The notes under the pieces were generated by a model that saw only the letters and a program-made list of their open reading frames with translations, was not told the DNA's origin and ran no database searches. Source: a virus (lineage: Duplodnaviria; Caudoviricetes). From it: 55,137 nt of DNA. A program made the translations under genes and the position numbers. This document shows, in pieces, positions 26,494-36,710 of this stretch. The first letter of the stretch is position 1. Each line of letters begins with the position of its first letter. Location: positions 1 to 55,137 of IMG/VR virus record IMGVR_UViG_3300032327_000495; one strand, written 5' to 3'.

Positions 26494-26883
26494 TTAATAA
26501 CTCAACTTAACATATTGTAGCACACCTGCATTAAAATCTTGTATTTTGGCTCGCATCCATACAAAGTTGCCTTCAATATTAACTGCTTCATTGATAGAAG
26601 AATTAATATTAGGTTCACTGTTTGCTGGCGCACCTGCGTTGGCTTCTAATGTATAAACATTAAACCAATCAGTATCTTCGGGAAGTGTTGCTAATGTTGC
26701 TTGCACAATTATGTTACCAGTCAATCCTACTTGATTGACGTTGATGGTTTGTAAATCTTTACTTCCAACATAATATGATGCAGCTTGTTTCTTTTCACCA
26801 ACTACATCGTATATCTGTACGTTAGAAACATTACCGTTCCATGTTGTTTGCGGTAACAAGATTAATGTTGTGGTTTGACTCAT
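26494..26883 (-). CDS. hypothetical all-beta protein, possibly virion-associated
   Basis: 129 aa; QATL..P...DWF, GNFVWMRA. Confidence 0.7.
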   Translation of the reverse strand: MSQTTTLILLPQTTWNGNVSNVQIYDVVGEKKQAASYYVGSKDLQTINVNQVGLTGNIIVQATLATLPEDTDWFNVYTLEANAGAPANSEPNINSSINEAVNIEGNFVWMRAKIQDFNAGVLQYVKLSY

Positions 26884-27044
26884 GCTTTGACAACCTCAAC
26901 AACTATTGCATCACCCACTAATTCTTGTGCAACTTGCTCAAGTGCAGACTGAACGTCGGCAGTAGCGACAGAACTACCTTCTTCGCTATCCTTCACTATC
27001 TTACTAAATTTGATGATTACTACATCTTCTACGATTTTTGCCAT
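26880..27044 (-). CDS. 54-aa hypothetical protein (MAKIVEDVVIIKFSK...)
   Basis: GGAG SD, late promoter at 27066-27073, ATGA coupling to the next gene; not in the ORF track. Confidence 0.7.
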   Translation of the reverse strand: MAKIVEDVVIIKFSKIVKDSEEGSSVATADVQSALEQVAQELVGDAIVVEVVKA

Positions 27045-27076
27045 GGTAAATACTCCATTATAGAGTATTTATCATT

Positions 27077-27796
27077 TTAGACAGGATCAGGTCGTTTTTC
27101 TAATTTATAGCGTTTTCCAAGCATATCTCCATACATCAATGCTAGATAGCTTAATGTGCTTTCATCATTGTAATCAATAAAGTGACTAGCGTTACTAAAA
27201 CGATATCTCCAACTACTTTGATTCCCTGCACTACCCTTAGCCCAGTGTCTAAGCGCAGGACTAGGATGTAGCGACTTGTTTTTTCTAAACATTTCGTGTA
27301 GGTCTTCGGCAAAGGTACCTTCAACACGCCTAGATTTTAGATAAATTCTAAATTTGTGTTTAGGATCACGAACAAAATGTTTAATCCCAATATAATTAGA
27401 TATCTGTGCTTGTGTATAATCGATTTCAAGTCCGGGAATACTAGTTTCAATATCTTTTAATAACTGTAGGTCATTACTAAACACTGCAACAGTATTATGC
27501 TCGATTCTAATTGTTGAGTTTTTCTTTTTCTTAATCTCATTTCTCCATTTCAAAAATGATTCTAAGATTGGTAAGTTTTCTCGCACTACATCTCGTTCAG
27601 ATGTCAATCGATAGCCTATTATAGGTGCATCTAGTCTATCAATTAATTCTTGGATATCATCCTTAATGAACCAAGTATATCTGACACCTACTAGATAGAA
27701 TCTAGCTCGGTATTCGTATTTGTTATAATAATGTTGATCCCGATAATCATAAAAATCAATACCGGGGATATTCTCAACTGATTTCAATAATCCCAT
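27077..27796 (-). CDS. hypothetical protein
   Basis: 239 aa ORF overlapping the clpA end. Confidence 0.7.
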   Translation of the reverse strand: MGLLKSVENIPGIDFYDYRDQHYYNKYEYRARFYLVGVRYTWFIKDDIQELIDRLDAPIIGYRLTSERDVVRENLPILESFLKWRNEIKKKKNSTIRIEHNTVAVFSNDLQLLKDIETSIPGLEIDYTQAQISNYIGIKHFVRDPKHKFRIYLKSRRVEGTFAEDLHEMFRKNKSLHPSPALRHWAKGSAGNQSSWRYRFSNASHFIDYNDESTLSYLALMYGDMLGKRYKLEKRPDPV

Positions 27797-30047
27797 TTTC
27801 GCCTACTTTTGCTGTTGCTTTTTGAGCAACTGTATATTCAATACCGTCATTGTCCATCACTGCTGTAATAGTTGAGTTTTTAATTCGTTCAAATAAGATT
27901 TTCTTACTAAGGGGAACACGAATTAATTCATCAATTTTACGTGCCAATGGTCTAGCACCCATCTTTTTATCATATCCCTGTTCTGCCAAATATTCAACGA
28001 CCGGCTCACTTAAATTCAACGTTATATTGTGTTTGTCCAACAATGAGTCTTTTAATTGTTCAACAAACTTGACAACGATCTTTTTAATTGCAAGCATATC
28101 CAGTTTATTAAATTTACATACCAAATCTAAACGATTTCTAAACTCCGGTTTGAAGAATTCTTTCAATGCTTTATCATCTTCACCTGTTTTTTCTTGACTA
28201 CCAAAACCAATGTTATTACGTTCACTATCACTACTGCCCAAATTACTTGTTAAGATAATAACACAGTTCTTACAGTTAACTTCTTTACCATTAGAGCCAG
28301 TGATACGACCTTCATCTAACATCTGCAAGAAAATGTTAAAGATATCAGGATGAGCTTTCTCAACTTCATCAAATAACAAAATACTGTGCGGGTTTTTACT
28401 CAAATCATTAATCAATCTACCACCACTCACTTGACTATCACCGAATCCAACATAACCAGGGGGCGGACCGATCAAGCTTGACACAGAGTGTTTCTCACTG
28501 TATTCACTCATATCATACTTGAGCAATGGCATGTCAAGGTTCTTACTCAACAACTTAGCCAATTCTGTTTTACCTGTACCTGTTGGCCCCAAGAACAAGA
28601 AACTTGCTGTAGGTTTAGATTCACTACCAATACCAGCAAAAGAAACATAGATGCGTTCAAGTACTTTATCAACTGTCTCATCCTGTCCGTACAACTTACC
28701 CTTGACATTGACTTCAAGTGTTTGAATACGATCCATGTTGTCTCCGTTGAGTTTATCAGCGGGGACTCCTGTAAATCGTTCAACTTGGTCAAAAATCAAG
28801 TCTTTAGTAATGACACCACCTTTATTATCTGCAACTCGTTGTTTAGCACAAGCCGCATCAAGTAAGTCAATTGACTTATCCGGGTTCTTGCGGTCGTGAA
28901 TATAACGGTCAGCACTTTCAACTGCGGTTGTAATAGCTTCCTCATTAATCACTACATTGTGGAAGTCGCTCAAACGTTGACTCAATCCAGTCAGAATACG
29001 AATTGTAGTTTCTTTATTAGGTTCATCAACTGATACACGATAGAATCTACGCATCAATGCACGATCCTTCTCAAAGGATTCGTAGTACTCTTCCCACGTG
29101 GTACTAGCGATAACTTTTAATGTACCTTTAGTAATCGCAGGCTTAATCATGTTAGCAAAGTCAACGCTACCACCGTTGCCGTTGCCGGCGCCGCTCATGG
29201 TGTGTGCTTCGTCAATGAATAAGATTGCTTTCTTTTTAGTGTTGAGTGCTTCTAATACTGCTTTGACCTTTTCTTCAAAGTCACCACGATACTTAGATCC
29301 AGCAAGCAATGCACCTACTTCAAGTGAATACACATCATGGTTAAGAATAAATTCGGGGCAGTCACCTAAGGCAATCATATTAGCAAGACCTTCAGCAATA
29401 GCAGTCTTACCTACACCTGGATCACCTACCATCAATACGTTTGCTTTGAATCGTTTAGCAAGTACATTAACAATATCGTCAAGTTCTTTAGCACGACCGA
29501 TCAATGGCTCAAGTTTGCCTTGACGTGCCATGTCGCTCAAATTAGTTGTATATTCTCCCAAAATTTCATCGGCTTGGCCATCACTCAACTTAGTAGTGAA
29601 CTCTGCACCCTTATAAGTTTTTTGCCAGTGATTTACAAATTCTTGTTTGTTGACACCGTACTTCAATAAAAAGTAATGTGCGTGACTGTTACCTTCACTT
29701 GCAATAGAAAGATACAAGTCAATAGTTGTAACTTGTCTACGACCAGTAAACAATACTTGTGTTACTGAACGATTCATTGTTCGTTCAAGGCTATTAGTTT
29801 TGCGTGGTTGAACATCTTCAGCCGCTACATTTTTAAGTTCAATTGCATGTAAACTATCTAGGTATGAACTTACTTCTTGAATCAGTAAATCAGAATCTGC
29901 TCCAAAACTATCTAGGCATTTTTTGAACGGGGTATGTGCTACTAATGCAAGTAGTAAATGTTCTACTGTGCAATATTGATGTTTGCGCTCTTTAGCATAA
30001 ACAATGGCTTGTTCAATGATGCTTTCGATTTCTGGTGAATTTGTCAT
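27774..30047 (-). CDS. clpA: ATP-dependent Clp protease ATP-binding subunit
   Basis: N-domain EHLLLAL; two AAA+ modules (GDPGVGKT/FIDEAH; GPTGTGKT/LFDEVEKAH); IGF ClpP-docking loop; no ClpB middle domain. Confidence 0.93.
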   Translation of the reverse strand: MTNSPEIESIIEQAIVYAKERKHQYCTVEHLLLALVAHTPFKKCLDSFGADSDLLIQEVSSYLDSLHAIELKNVAAEDVQPRKTNSLERTMNRSVTQVLFTGRRQVTTIDLYLSIASEGNSHAHYFLLKYGVNKQEFVNHWQKTYKGAEFTTKLSDGQADEILGEYTTNLSDMARQGKLEPLIGRAKELDDIVNVLAKRFKANVLMVGDPGVGKTAIAEGLANMIALGDCPEFILNHDVYSLEVGALLAGSKYRGDFEEKVKAVLEALNTKKKAILFIDEAHTMSGAGNGNGGSVDFANMIKPAITKGTLKVIASTTWEEYYESFEKDRALMRRFYRVSVDEPNKETTIRILTGLSQRLSDFHNVVINEEAITTAVESADRYIHDRKNPDKSIDLLDAACAKQRVADNKGGVITKDLIFDQVERFTGVPADKLNGDNMDRIQTLEVNVKGKLYGQDETVDKVLERIYVSFAGIGSESKPTASFLFLGPTGTGKTELAKLLSKNLDMPLLKYDMSEYSEKHSVSSLIGPPPGYVGFGDSQVSGGRLINDLSKNPHSILLFDEVEKAHPDIFNIFLQMLDEGRITGSNGKEVNCKNCVIILTSNLGSSDSERNNIGFGSQEKTGEDDKALKEFFKPEFRNRLDLVCKFNKLDMLAIKKIVVKFVEQLKDSLLDKHNITLNLSEPVVEYLAEQGYDKKMGARPLARKIDELIRVPLSKKILFERIKNSTITAVMDNDGIEYTVAQKATAKVGENGIIEIS

Positions 30048-30068
30048 GTTTTCCTTTTGTAAAAATAT

Positions 30069-30878
30069 TTATTTGTGTTTGGAACGTAAAATGCTTTGAG
30101 TTATATCGTCATCAATTATATCAGGAATAAAGGGTTTTAGCAAGATAATTTGGTCTCCAAATATACTAGAATTTGGAATGGGCATACCTTCTCCTGCAAT
30201 TTTAAGATGCATAAAGGGTTGAGTTTTAGGTGGAACACGTACCATTAATGTTTTACCCGAGATAGTTGTGAATTCAAATTCGTCACCCACAATTAAATCT
30301 AATACTGATACTTGCTGATTACATAATAAATCCATGCCTCTGCGTTCAAACTTTAGATGAGGGGCTACTCTAAACTCTACAATCAAACTTGAATTTGGTA
30401 TAAGATTATCATAGCGCATCTGCCCACCATCAGATACGCTTTTGGGTATTTCAATGTTAACTACATGCGTACCACTAGGTGTTTGTAATTTTAACGATTG
30501 TGTGCCACCAGTATAACTTTGTTCCAAAGTAACGTTTATTGCTGTTCTATAAGCATGCGGTTGATTAGGATGACGCTGGTGATGTTGGTTAAACATTTGC
30601 CCAAATATGTCATTAATATTATGTCCATTAAAATTAAAGTTAAATCCCCCCGGAGCTCCTTGAAATCCACTGAATGGATTACCTTGAGGCATGGGATTAT
30701 CATATTGTTGGCGTTGTTGAGGGTCAGAAAGAATACGATATGCTTCTTCTACTTTTTGGAATGTAGCGGTATCGCCACCTTTATCAGGGTGATGCTTACT
30801 TGCTAATCTACGATATGCTTTTTTAATTTCATCAGGAGTAGCGGTTTTGGCTACCCCCAATGTTTGATAATGGCTCAT
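30069..30878 (-). CDS. class B J-domain co-chaperone (DnaJ/CbpA-like)
   Basis: HHPDKGG J-domain, G/F-rich linker, C-terminal domain, no Zn finger. Confidence 0.92.
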   Translation of the reverse strand: MSHYQTLGVAKTATPDEIKKAYRRLASKHHPDKGGDTATFQKVEEAYRILSDPQQRQQYDNPMPQGNPFSGFQGAPGGFNFNFNGHNINDIFGQMFNQHHQRHPNQPHAYRTAINVTLEQSYTGGTQSLKLQTPSGTHVVNIEIPKSVSDGGQMRYDNLIPNSSLIVEFRVAPHLKFERRGMDLLCNQQVSVLDLIVGDEFEFTTISGKTLMVRVPPKTQPFMHLKIAGEGMPIPNSSIFGDQIILLKPFIPDIIDDDITQSILRSKHK

Positions 30879-30884
30879 ATGATG

Positions 30885-30913
30885 ATTATAACACTTTATG
30901 TGTTAGTTGTCAA
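30885..30913 (-). promoter_or_regulatory. consensus sigma70 promoter, leaderless dnaJ-like gene
   Basis: TTGACA-17-TATAAT with extended TG, 6 nt to ATG. Confidence 0.85.
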
Positions 30914-30914
30914 A

Positions 30915-31514
30915 TTATGACTTACCCTCAATCTTTTCTTTTGTTCTACCATATGCAGCGATACCAAGAACTGCACCCATAGCGATGTGATAAAGACCTG
31001 CACCTTGTAGTGTTAATGGTTGCCATTGCATTGTAACACTACCTTTACTCATTGCTTGTAACAATGACCATAGTATTGGGAATACAACAAAGTCCATTGT
31101 ACATGTTAGCATATAGATCCAACCCATAACCGGACGCCATTTTTTGTTGATCCAGTCAGTGGAATCTTTGTCATGCGCTACTAATACATCTGCGCCACTG
31201 GCGGCATTTGTTGGTGCGGCACCGGTGAGTACTGGTTGATTGCTGTTTGATTGATTAATGTTTTGTGTGCTTCCGAATCCAGTTGATACTGGTGCTGATG
31301 AACCAAAACCACCGGATGACCCGAAACCTCCTGCTGACGGTGAACCAAATGCTGAAGGCCCAGTTTGTGAAGAGGTGAATGCATTACTGCCTCCGAATGT
31401 ACTACCTTGAGGAAATTCCTGTATTGTTGGGTCTGCTGCCAATGCATCATGATGGTCATCATCAAGTGCCATTGGTTGCACAACGTTTGCTTTTTTTGGT
31501 AATATTGTTGCCAT
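30915..31514 (-). CDS. holin-like membrane protein (GTA 3TM holin-like) with FG-rich N-terminal tail
   Basis: KWRPVMGW...hydrophobic helices...MGAVLGIAAYGRTKEK. Confidence 0.6.
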   Translation of the reverse strand: MATILPKKANVVQPMALDDDHHDALAADPTIQEFPQGSTFGGSNAFTSSQTGPSAFGSPSAGGFGSSGGFGSSAPVSTGFGSTQNINQSNSNQPVLTGAAPTNAASGADVLVAHDKDSTDWINKKWRPVMGWIYMLTCTMDFVVFPILWSLLQAMSKGSVTMQWQPLTLQGAGLYHIAMGAVLGIAAYGRTKEKIEGKS

Positions 31515-31517
31515 ATT

Positions 31518-32069
31518 TTATAGTCCTGCCATTGATTTAAATGCTTTTATTTCAGCATCTTGTTTGTCAGCATGTAGTGCTTTAACTTCTAGTCCGGCAC
31601 GTTCACGCATTTCATTTAATTCTTCTTCATCGGGTTCGACTTCCACACGATATTGATGGGGTGAAATTGTAATAACTTGTGCCAACACTCCTGTTTCCGG
31701 TTCATATTCTTCATCATCAACTACTACCGTCCATTCTTTTAATGGAATGTCTGTTAATGTTTCTAAGTCATCTAACAATGTAACGATTCTTTCAGGAACA
31801 CTAGTTCTACGATTCATTTCTACAAACACTAGATATTTACCTGAACTTAATTCGCCATCACTAACTTGCGCGTCTAACACAAAGTCATATCCACGTTCAA
31901 ACCAGTCACTCAAATCTTTGCCTGCTTGTTTATTTTTTACAATAAAAGCCAATGTGACAATTTCACTGTCTTTGCCCATCTGTGCAGCATATTCATCTAT
32001 TGTTAGTCTAGGAATAACAATACCTTCTAGGTCGTGATAGTCTAGGCCTTCGTTAAGTATTTTACTCAT
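31518..32069 (-). CDS. acidic hypothetical phage protein
   Basis: 183 aa; MSKILNE N-terminus. Confidence 0.7.
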   Translation of the reverse strand: MSKILNEGLDYHDLEGIVIPRLTIDEYAAQMGKDSEIVTLAFIVKNKQAGKDLSDWFERGYDFVLDAQVSDGELSSGKYLVFVEMNRRTSVPERIVTLLDDLETLTDIPLKEWTVVVDDEEYEPETGVLAQVITISPHQYRVEVEPDEEELNEMRERAGLEVKALHADKQDAEIKAFKSMAGL

Positions 32070-32071
32070 AA

Positions 32072-32680
32072 TTACATCGCCGGTTGTTGATCCATGCCGC
32101 CAATATTGCCGGCCATGCCTGGTTCTTGTTGCTCATTCTGACCACCATCTTCAGTACCATCGCTATCTTCTGAATCCATATCGTCATCATAAGCATCATC
32201 TAAATCATTCAAATCAATATTTTGTCCTGCCAAGTCAATAGAACCTTCACGAATATCATCCATGATTTCTTTAGGCATTTCAATGTATACTAACCAAATA
32301 GGTTTTTCTTTCATCTTTGGATATTTAGATCCAGGTTGAAAATCGTCATAATCATCAACTTCAACAGGAACACGAATCTTAGTCTTTTTCCATTTGATTG
32401 TGCAACCTAAATGTATCAAGCGTTTGGCGGCTCTTGGGTCGGGCATTAGTTTATACGGCCACATGAACATGCAACCTACACTGTAGCGTTTTACAACAGG
32501 TCCTTGAACTAGTTCACCTAACTCCCAATTACGGAATGCGTACAGGTCTGCCTCATCTAAGACTCGTTCGTAATCTAACAGAACGGCCATAGATCCATCA
32601 CTAGTAAATATTCCCTTTACAGTGTCAATAATGCTGACATAATCAACATCGTCAAAGAATTTGTCGGCGGTTTTAATCAT
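32072..32680 (-). CDS. hypothetical phage protein with acidic tail
   Basis: 202 aa; GATAAATA 5 nt before ATG. Confidence 0.7.
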   Translation of the reverse strand: MIKTADKFFDDVDYVSIIDTVKGIFTSDGSMAVLLDYERVLDEADLYAFRNWELGELVQGPVVKRYSVGCMFMWPYKLMPDPRAAKRLIHLGCTIKWKKTKIRVPVEVDDYDDFQPGSKYPKMKEKPIWLVYIEMPKEIMDDIREGSIDLAGQNIDLNDLDDAYDDDMDSEDSDGTEDGGQNEQQEPGMAGNIGGMDQQPAM

Positions 32681-32850
32681 AGTAGTATTTATCTTTTATT
32701 GAATGAATACAACTTTTGAAAATGTTTTGAGATTAGCCTAATATTTATCATTTATTTTTGCGTTAAAAGTATGCTACTTTATGATTAAAGACTGACCTTA
32801 AATAAAGATGAGTGTTATGAGAACTCGCCGCTCTACAAAGGAGAATTAAC

Positions 32851-33633
32851 TTGAGCAAAAGAAAAACCAGCGCATTACGAACTACAGACACACGTTTTTC
32901 ACATAGTAAAAAAGAAGGTAATACATATTATACAAAAGAATCAAAAACAATAGATTTTACTCAAGCAACGCAAAAACCAAAAGTACGTAAACCCGTAAAC
33001 CTCATCCCCAAATCCATAAATCAAGAAAAATACATTATTGAACTCCTTGACGAAAACACAGATATAGTAGTGGTTTCGGGACCAGCAGGTACGGGTAAAA
33101 CTTACTTAGCTATGCAAGCCGCTATCAAAGCAATGCGAAACGGTGAGTGCGACAGGATTATCTTAACTAGACCCGCAGTTGGGGTCGATGATGAAAAGCA
33201 TGGATTCTTGCCAGGCGACATCAATCAAAAGATGGAACCATGGACTAGACCATTATTAGACGTATTACGTGAGTATTACTCAACTAAAGAAATTGCCGAC
33301 ATGCTAGAAGAACAAGTAGTAGAGATAGCTCCACTAGCGTTCTGTAGAGGTCGCAATTTTAAAAACAGTTGGATTGTGCTTGATGAAGCTCAAAATGCAA
33401 CTCCTAGCCAGTTAAAAATGATTATGACACGTATCGGTATCGGTAGTAAGATTGTCATCACTGGTGATGTAGAACAAACAGATAGACGCACGCCTGAGAA
33501 TGGCCTCCTAGACCTTTTAACAAAGCTAGAGAGTGGAAAGGGGGTGATTCCAGGTTTAGCGTCTTGCAAGTTTGATATGCGTGACATACAACGTCACAAA
33601 ATTATCGAACACATCCTCAAGATGTACTCATAA
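32851..33633 (+). CDS. phoH: PhoH-family ATPase
   Basis: GPAGTGKTYLA, RIILTRP, GFLPGD, RGR, LDEAQN, TRIG, TGD; TTG start with AAGGAG SD; TAAATA at 32799-32804. Confidence 0.95.
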   Translation: MSKRKTSALRTTDTRFSHSKKEGNTYYTKESKTIDFTQATQKPKVRKPVNLIPKSINQEKYIIELLDENTDIVVVSGPAGTGKTYLAMQAAIKAMRNGECDRIILTRPAVGVDDEKHGFLPGDINQKMEPWTRPLLDVLREYYSTKEIADMLEEQVVEIAPLAFCRGRNFKNSWIVLDEAQNATPSQLKMIMTRIGIGSKIVITGDVEQTDRRTPENGLLDLLTKLESGKGVIPGLASCKFDMRDIQRHKIIEHILKMYS

Positions 33634-33656
33634 AAAAGGGGCTTAGGCCCCTTTTT
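33632..33656. terminator. bidirectional intrinsic terminator between convergent genes
   Basis: A6-GGGGC-TTAG-GCCCC-T5. Confidence 0.85.
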
Positions 33657-33915
33657 CATTTTGTGTAATAGTTGCTTCTTTTTCTAATTGTGAAATTAAA
33701 TTAGGATATACTTGTTTATAGTATGCATCCATGCGTTCAAAATCAGTATCTACTACTTTTCCTTCAATGACGCATTTCAATACTTTTTTATCAGCATAAT
33801 CAATGATAACATTGCATGTTTGTAGGTCAGATGTTTTGACTTTTTTACTTACCGCAACCATTTCATCAATTTGTCCACCGGGCTTTCTCATAAACGTAAT
33901 TAAGAGATATCTCAT
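33643..33915 (-). CDS. hypothetical protein
   Basis: 90 aa; ATGA coupled. Confidence 0.7.
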   Translation of the reverse strand: MRYLLITFMRKPGGQIDEMVAVSKKVKTSDLQTCNVIIDYADKKVLKCVIEGKVVDTDFERMDAYYKQVYPNLISQLEKEATITQNEKGA

Positions 33916-34994
33916 TGAAATGGTTTTCTTGGAATAATCATAATATCCGGGAGTTTTGCATCTTCTGTATGTTTATGTCCGGGTGTACCATGAACCATGC
34001 GTCCATGTGCCTTCATATCGGGTGATCCCAATGCTTCAGCATAGTTAACTTTGCCTTTAAAACAACCAACACTATATGGATATTCATTGTTCAAATGATA
34101 ATGATAGATGTTTTTCATTTTACCGTCCCATAGTACTTTATGAGTATGTCCATGACATTCATCTAGTTGTTCGTTGGTAACCATTTTGCCATCATCACCT
34201 CGTGGGCCATAGATGCCAAATCCATCAAATGCATACCCGAATAGTGGTGAATGTCCTTCTGTCCCTTGATTAGGGAAACACTTCCATGAATAACCATGTA
34301 AGTGATATTGTTGAGCATAAGGATGCCCCCAGCATTGGTCAATTGGCAATAATGAAGTTGGATTGTACCATGCAGTACCACTGGCGTTTGCTAGTTCAAA
34401 ATGCCACACAGTACCGGTTAATGTTACACCAATTGGTAATGAAGCAATTGGATTTGGAGTAACACTAGGCTTTGGATGTTTTGGTAGTTGAACAACTAGT
34501 CTATAAGGACTAATGCCAATTGCCGCGGCACTTGAATAGTCTGAGCCAGGAATGCCTGTTCTAAAATCATGTCCACCGGGCGCAACACTATAATACTTGT
34601 ATGCTTCAGTTCCTTGTTGTACAGGATACTCTCCCATTACTGTTGATGGTAATCCGTTACCGTTAAAGTATCGATACTTTTTATCAACTTTTACAGTGAA
34701 TACACTTCCTTCTTTTGCATAATCTTTGGCATATTTGGTACCACTAACATATGGCATCTTTGAAATATCAATAGTATTGTTTGAAGAATCTACCCAAGGC
34801 TGTGTACTTATATCAAGTTTAGTGTTCCCGGGAATTACAAGAAGTAAATCTGGTGCCAGAAATATTCCACCACGTTCGGCCTTATAAGGGCTTATAGTTC
34901 CTGAATTTGATAATGTTGTTGGTGCATCTTCTGCCATAGCACTACCTACTAATGTAATACTAATCAATAATCCTATTAATATATTTTTAATCAT
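33912..34994 (-). CDS. exported YHYH-domain protein
   Basis: Signal peptide; IGVTLTG, DQCWGHP..QYHLH, HSPLFGYAFDGFGIYGP, LDECHGH, YHYH...YPY..GC. Confidence 0.8.
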   Translation of the reverse strand: MIKNILIGLLISITLVGSAMAEDAPTTLSNSGTISPYKAERGGIFLAPDLLLVIPGNTKLDISTQPWVDSSNNTIDISKMPYVSGTKYAKDYAKEGSVFTVKVDKKYRYFNGNGLPSTVMGEYPVQQGTEAYKYYSVAPGGHDFRTGIPGSDYSSAAAIGISPYRLVVQLPKHPKPSVTPNPIASLPIGVTLTGTVWHFELANASGTAWYNPTSLLPIDQCWGHPYAQQYHLHGYSWKCFPNQGTEGHSPLFGYAFDGFGIYGPRGDDGKMVTNEQLDECHGHTHKVLWDGKMKNIYHYHLNNEYPYSVGCFKGKVNYAEALGSPDMKAHGRMVHGTPGHKHTEDAKLPDIMIIPRKPFQ

Positions 34995-35068
34995 TTTGTT
35001 TCCTTTAAGTTGTGAATATTTGCCTGTCTATCTTTCACATGAATGTGATTAACAGATATTTTATGTGT

Positions 35069-35731
35069 TTATTTAGTTCTCTCTAGTAATGTGTTTAATA
35101 TTTCTTCATTTGCTAGATGTTTATTAGACTTGTTTAGTTTGTCTTTCCAAGACATTAACTGTAAATTTTCTACTATAGACATAACTGTCACCGGAATTTT
35201 TAATTGATATCCCAATGATACTGGAACTTTATGATCTATCTGAAATGCGCCAGGTATTCCGGCGCGTCCTAATAATAACCCATTGGGATTTAATAAAGTT
35301 ATATTTTGATTATATGTTTTTCTTGAGGCTGAATATACTGCTCTTTTATATTTCTGATAATCCTTGTAATCCTGTTCTGAAATTTTTCGTCTAGGAGTTC
35401 CTGCATATCCGCCTTTGCCTTTATTCCATGGCACCTGAACACCGGTCTTTCCTTTGTTCCAAGGCGTTCTCTCGTTTTCAGTCCAATGTTCAATATTTGA
35501 CTGTTTTATTTTTTCTCTAGTTTCTTCTTTGCATTCTCTGCCTATTAGTGCAACCCGAAGTTGGGCGCGACGAGCATCAGATAGTGGTTGCCCTTTTCGG
35601 GCTGCGCCGCTTTTTTCTCCTATTTTCTTTTTAACAACAGGACAAGACGGTGCTCTGGGAGCACAACATGGCTCACCGATATAATTAATAAATGTAGCTT
35701 CTAACCCGCATCCCCTATGACATAGTTGCAT
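35069..35731 (-). mobile_element. free-standing HNH homing endonuclease (possibly degenerate)
   Basis: Cys-rich N-terminus, two PWNKG repeats, QIDHKVP...ENLQLM. Confidence 0.7.
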
Positions 35732-35765
35732 ATAATAAGTCTCCTTATTACTATTTATGCCAACT
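35724..35765 (-). promoter_or_regulatory. hairpin burying the SD and start codon of the HNH gene, with an embedded late promoter
   Basis: AGTTG-g-CATA-aatag-TAATAAG-GAGA-CTTATTA-TATG-CAACT; TAAATA at 35752-35757. Confidence 0.7.
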
Positions 35766-35780
35766 CACATAATATCGCGC

Positions 35781-36710
35781 TTAAAGGCTACATAATTCTG
35801 CCAAGCTTGCTGCTAGAGAGATTTCGGGGATACCAACTAATGGCAGATTTGCTAGACCGTTACGAATGATAACGATACTTGCGTCTTTCTTTTCTTGATC
35901 CTTACCCCACAGATCCAAATTTTGATACATCCATTTATAACAGTCTTCAACGTGTGAAGGATACAGTGAAATGTACTGCATCAATTGCTGACGACCGTCA
36001 AGTACTTTACCTTGTTTGAACAATTGAACTGCCTCAACTAATAGTTCGTTCTCATCCGTGCCTCCTGTTGTAGCAGTTTGAAGTTTGCCATCGATGCAAT
36101 TCACTTGCAATTGATTCAATACTTTACGCAAGTCTGGATAACAAGCACGAACATAGTTATCTAATACATCTAAATCAAATTCAATACCTTCAGTTAGCAA
36201 AACTGTGGCTGCTCGTGCGGTAAAATCAGTATGATCTGGTTTACTAATATGAATCTTGTGGCAACGACTCTCACGCAATGCTGGAATAATCTTGTCAGGA
36301 TAGTTACAAGTAAGAATAAATCTAACAGTATCTGAATATGTTTCCATATCAGTACGCAGTGCAGCCTGTGTCAAGTGAGGCAATGAATCTGCTTCATCTA
36401 GTAACACGACTTTAAACTTACCAAAAGGCATCGTTTGTGCAAATGATAGCAACTTGTCACGAACCAATTCAATTTGTCGCTCACGACTTGCGTTGATTAC
36501 CATTACATCATAATCTTCTACACCAAGTTCCTTGATTAACACTTTAGCAAGAGTTGTTTTGCCTGTGCCAGGATCTCCACTGAACAACAGATGAGGGATA
36601 ATACCATCTTTTATCCATTGTTCTGCTTGTTGTTTGACCCTAGAATCGGTAAATACATACTCATTAATTGATGTAGGGCGGTACTTTTCTACCCACAATT
36701 GACTGTTCAT
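35781..36710 (-). CDS. clamp loader AAA+ subunit (gp44/RFC-like)
   Basis: WVEKYRP, GDPGTGKTT, INAS, LLDEAD, QAALR, FILTCN, SRC. Confidence 0.93.
   Translation of the reverse strand: MNSQLWVEKYRPTSINEYVFTDSRVKQQAEQWIKDGIIPHLLFSGDPGTGKTTLAKVLIKELGVEDYDVMVINASRERQIELVRDKLLSFAQTMPFGKFKVVLLDEADSLPHLTQAALRTDMETYSDTVRFILTCNYPDKIIPALRESRCHKIHISKPDHTDFTARAATVLLTEGIEFDLDVLDNYVRACYPDLRKVLNQLQVNCIDGKLQTATTGGTDENELLVEAVQLFKQGKVLDGRQQLMQYISLYPSHVEDCYKWMYQNLDLWGKDQEKKDASIVIIRNGLANLPLVGIPEISLAASLAELCSL

Noticed and set aside
32681-32850. Pho box upstream of phoH
   Set aside because: No 11-bp-period TGTCA repeat found; only TAAATA motifs and weak hairpins
35011-35048. CRP site upstream of the YHYH gene
   Set aside because: TGTGA and TCACA half-sites are present but not in the TGTGA-N6-TCACA arrangement
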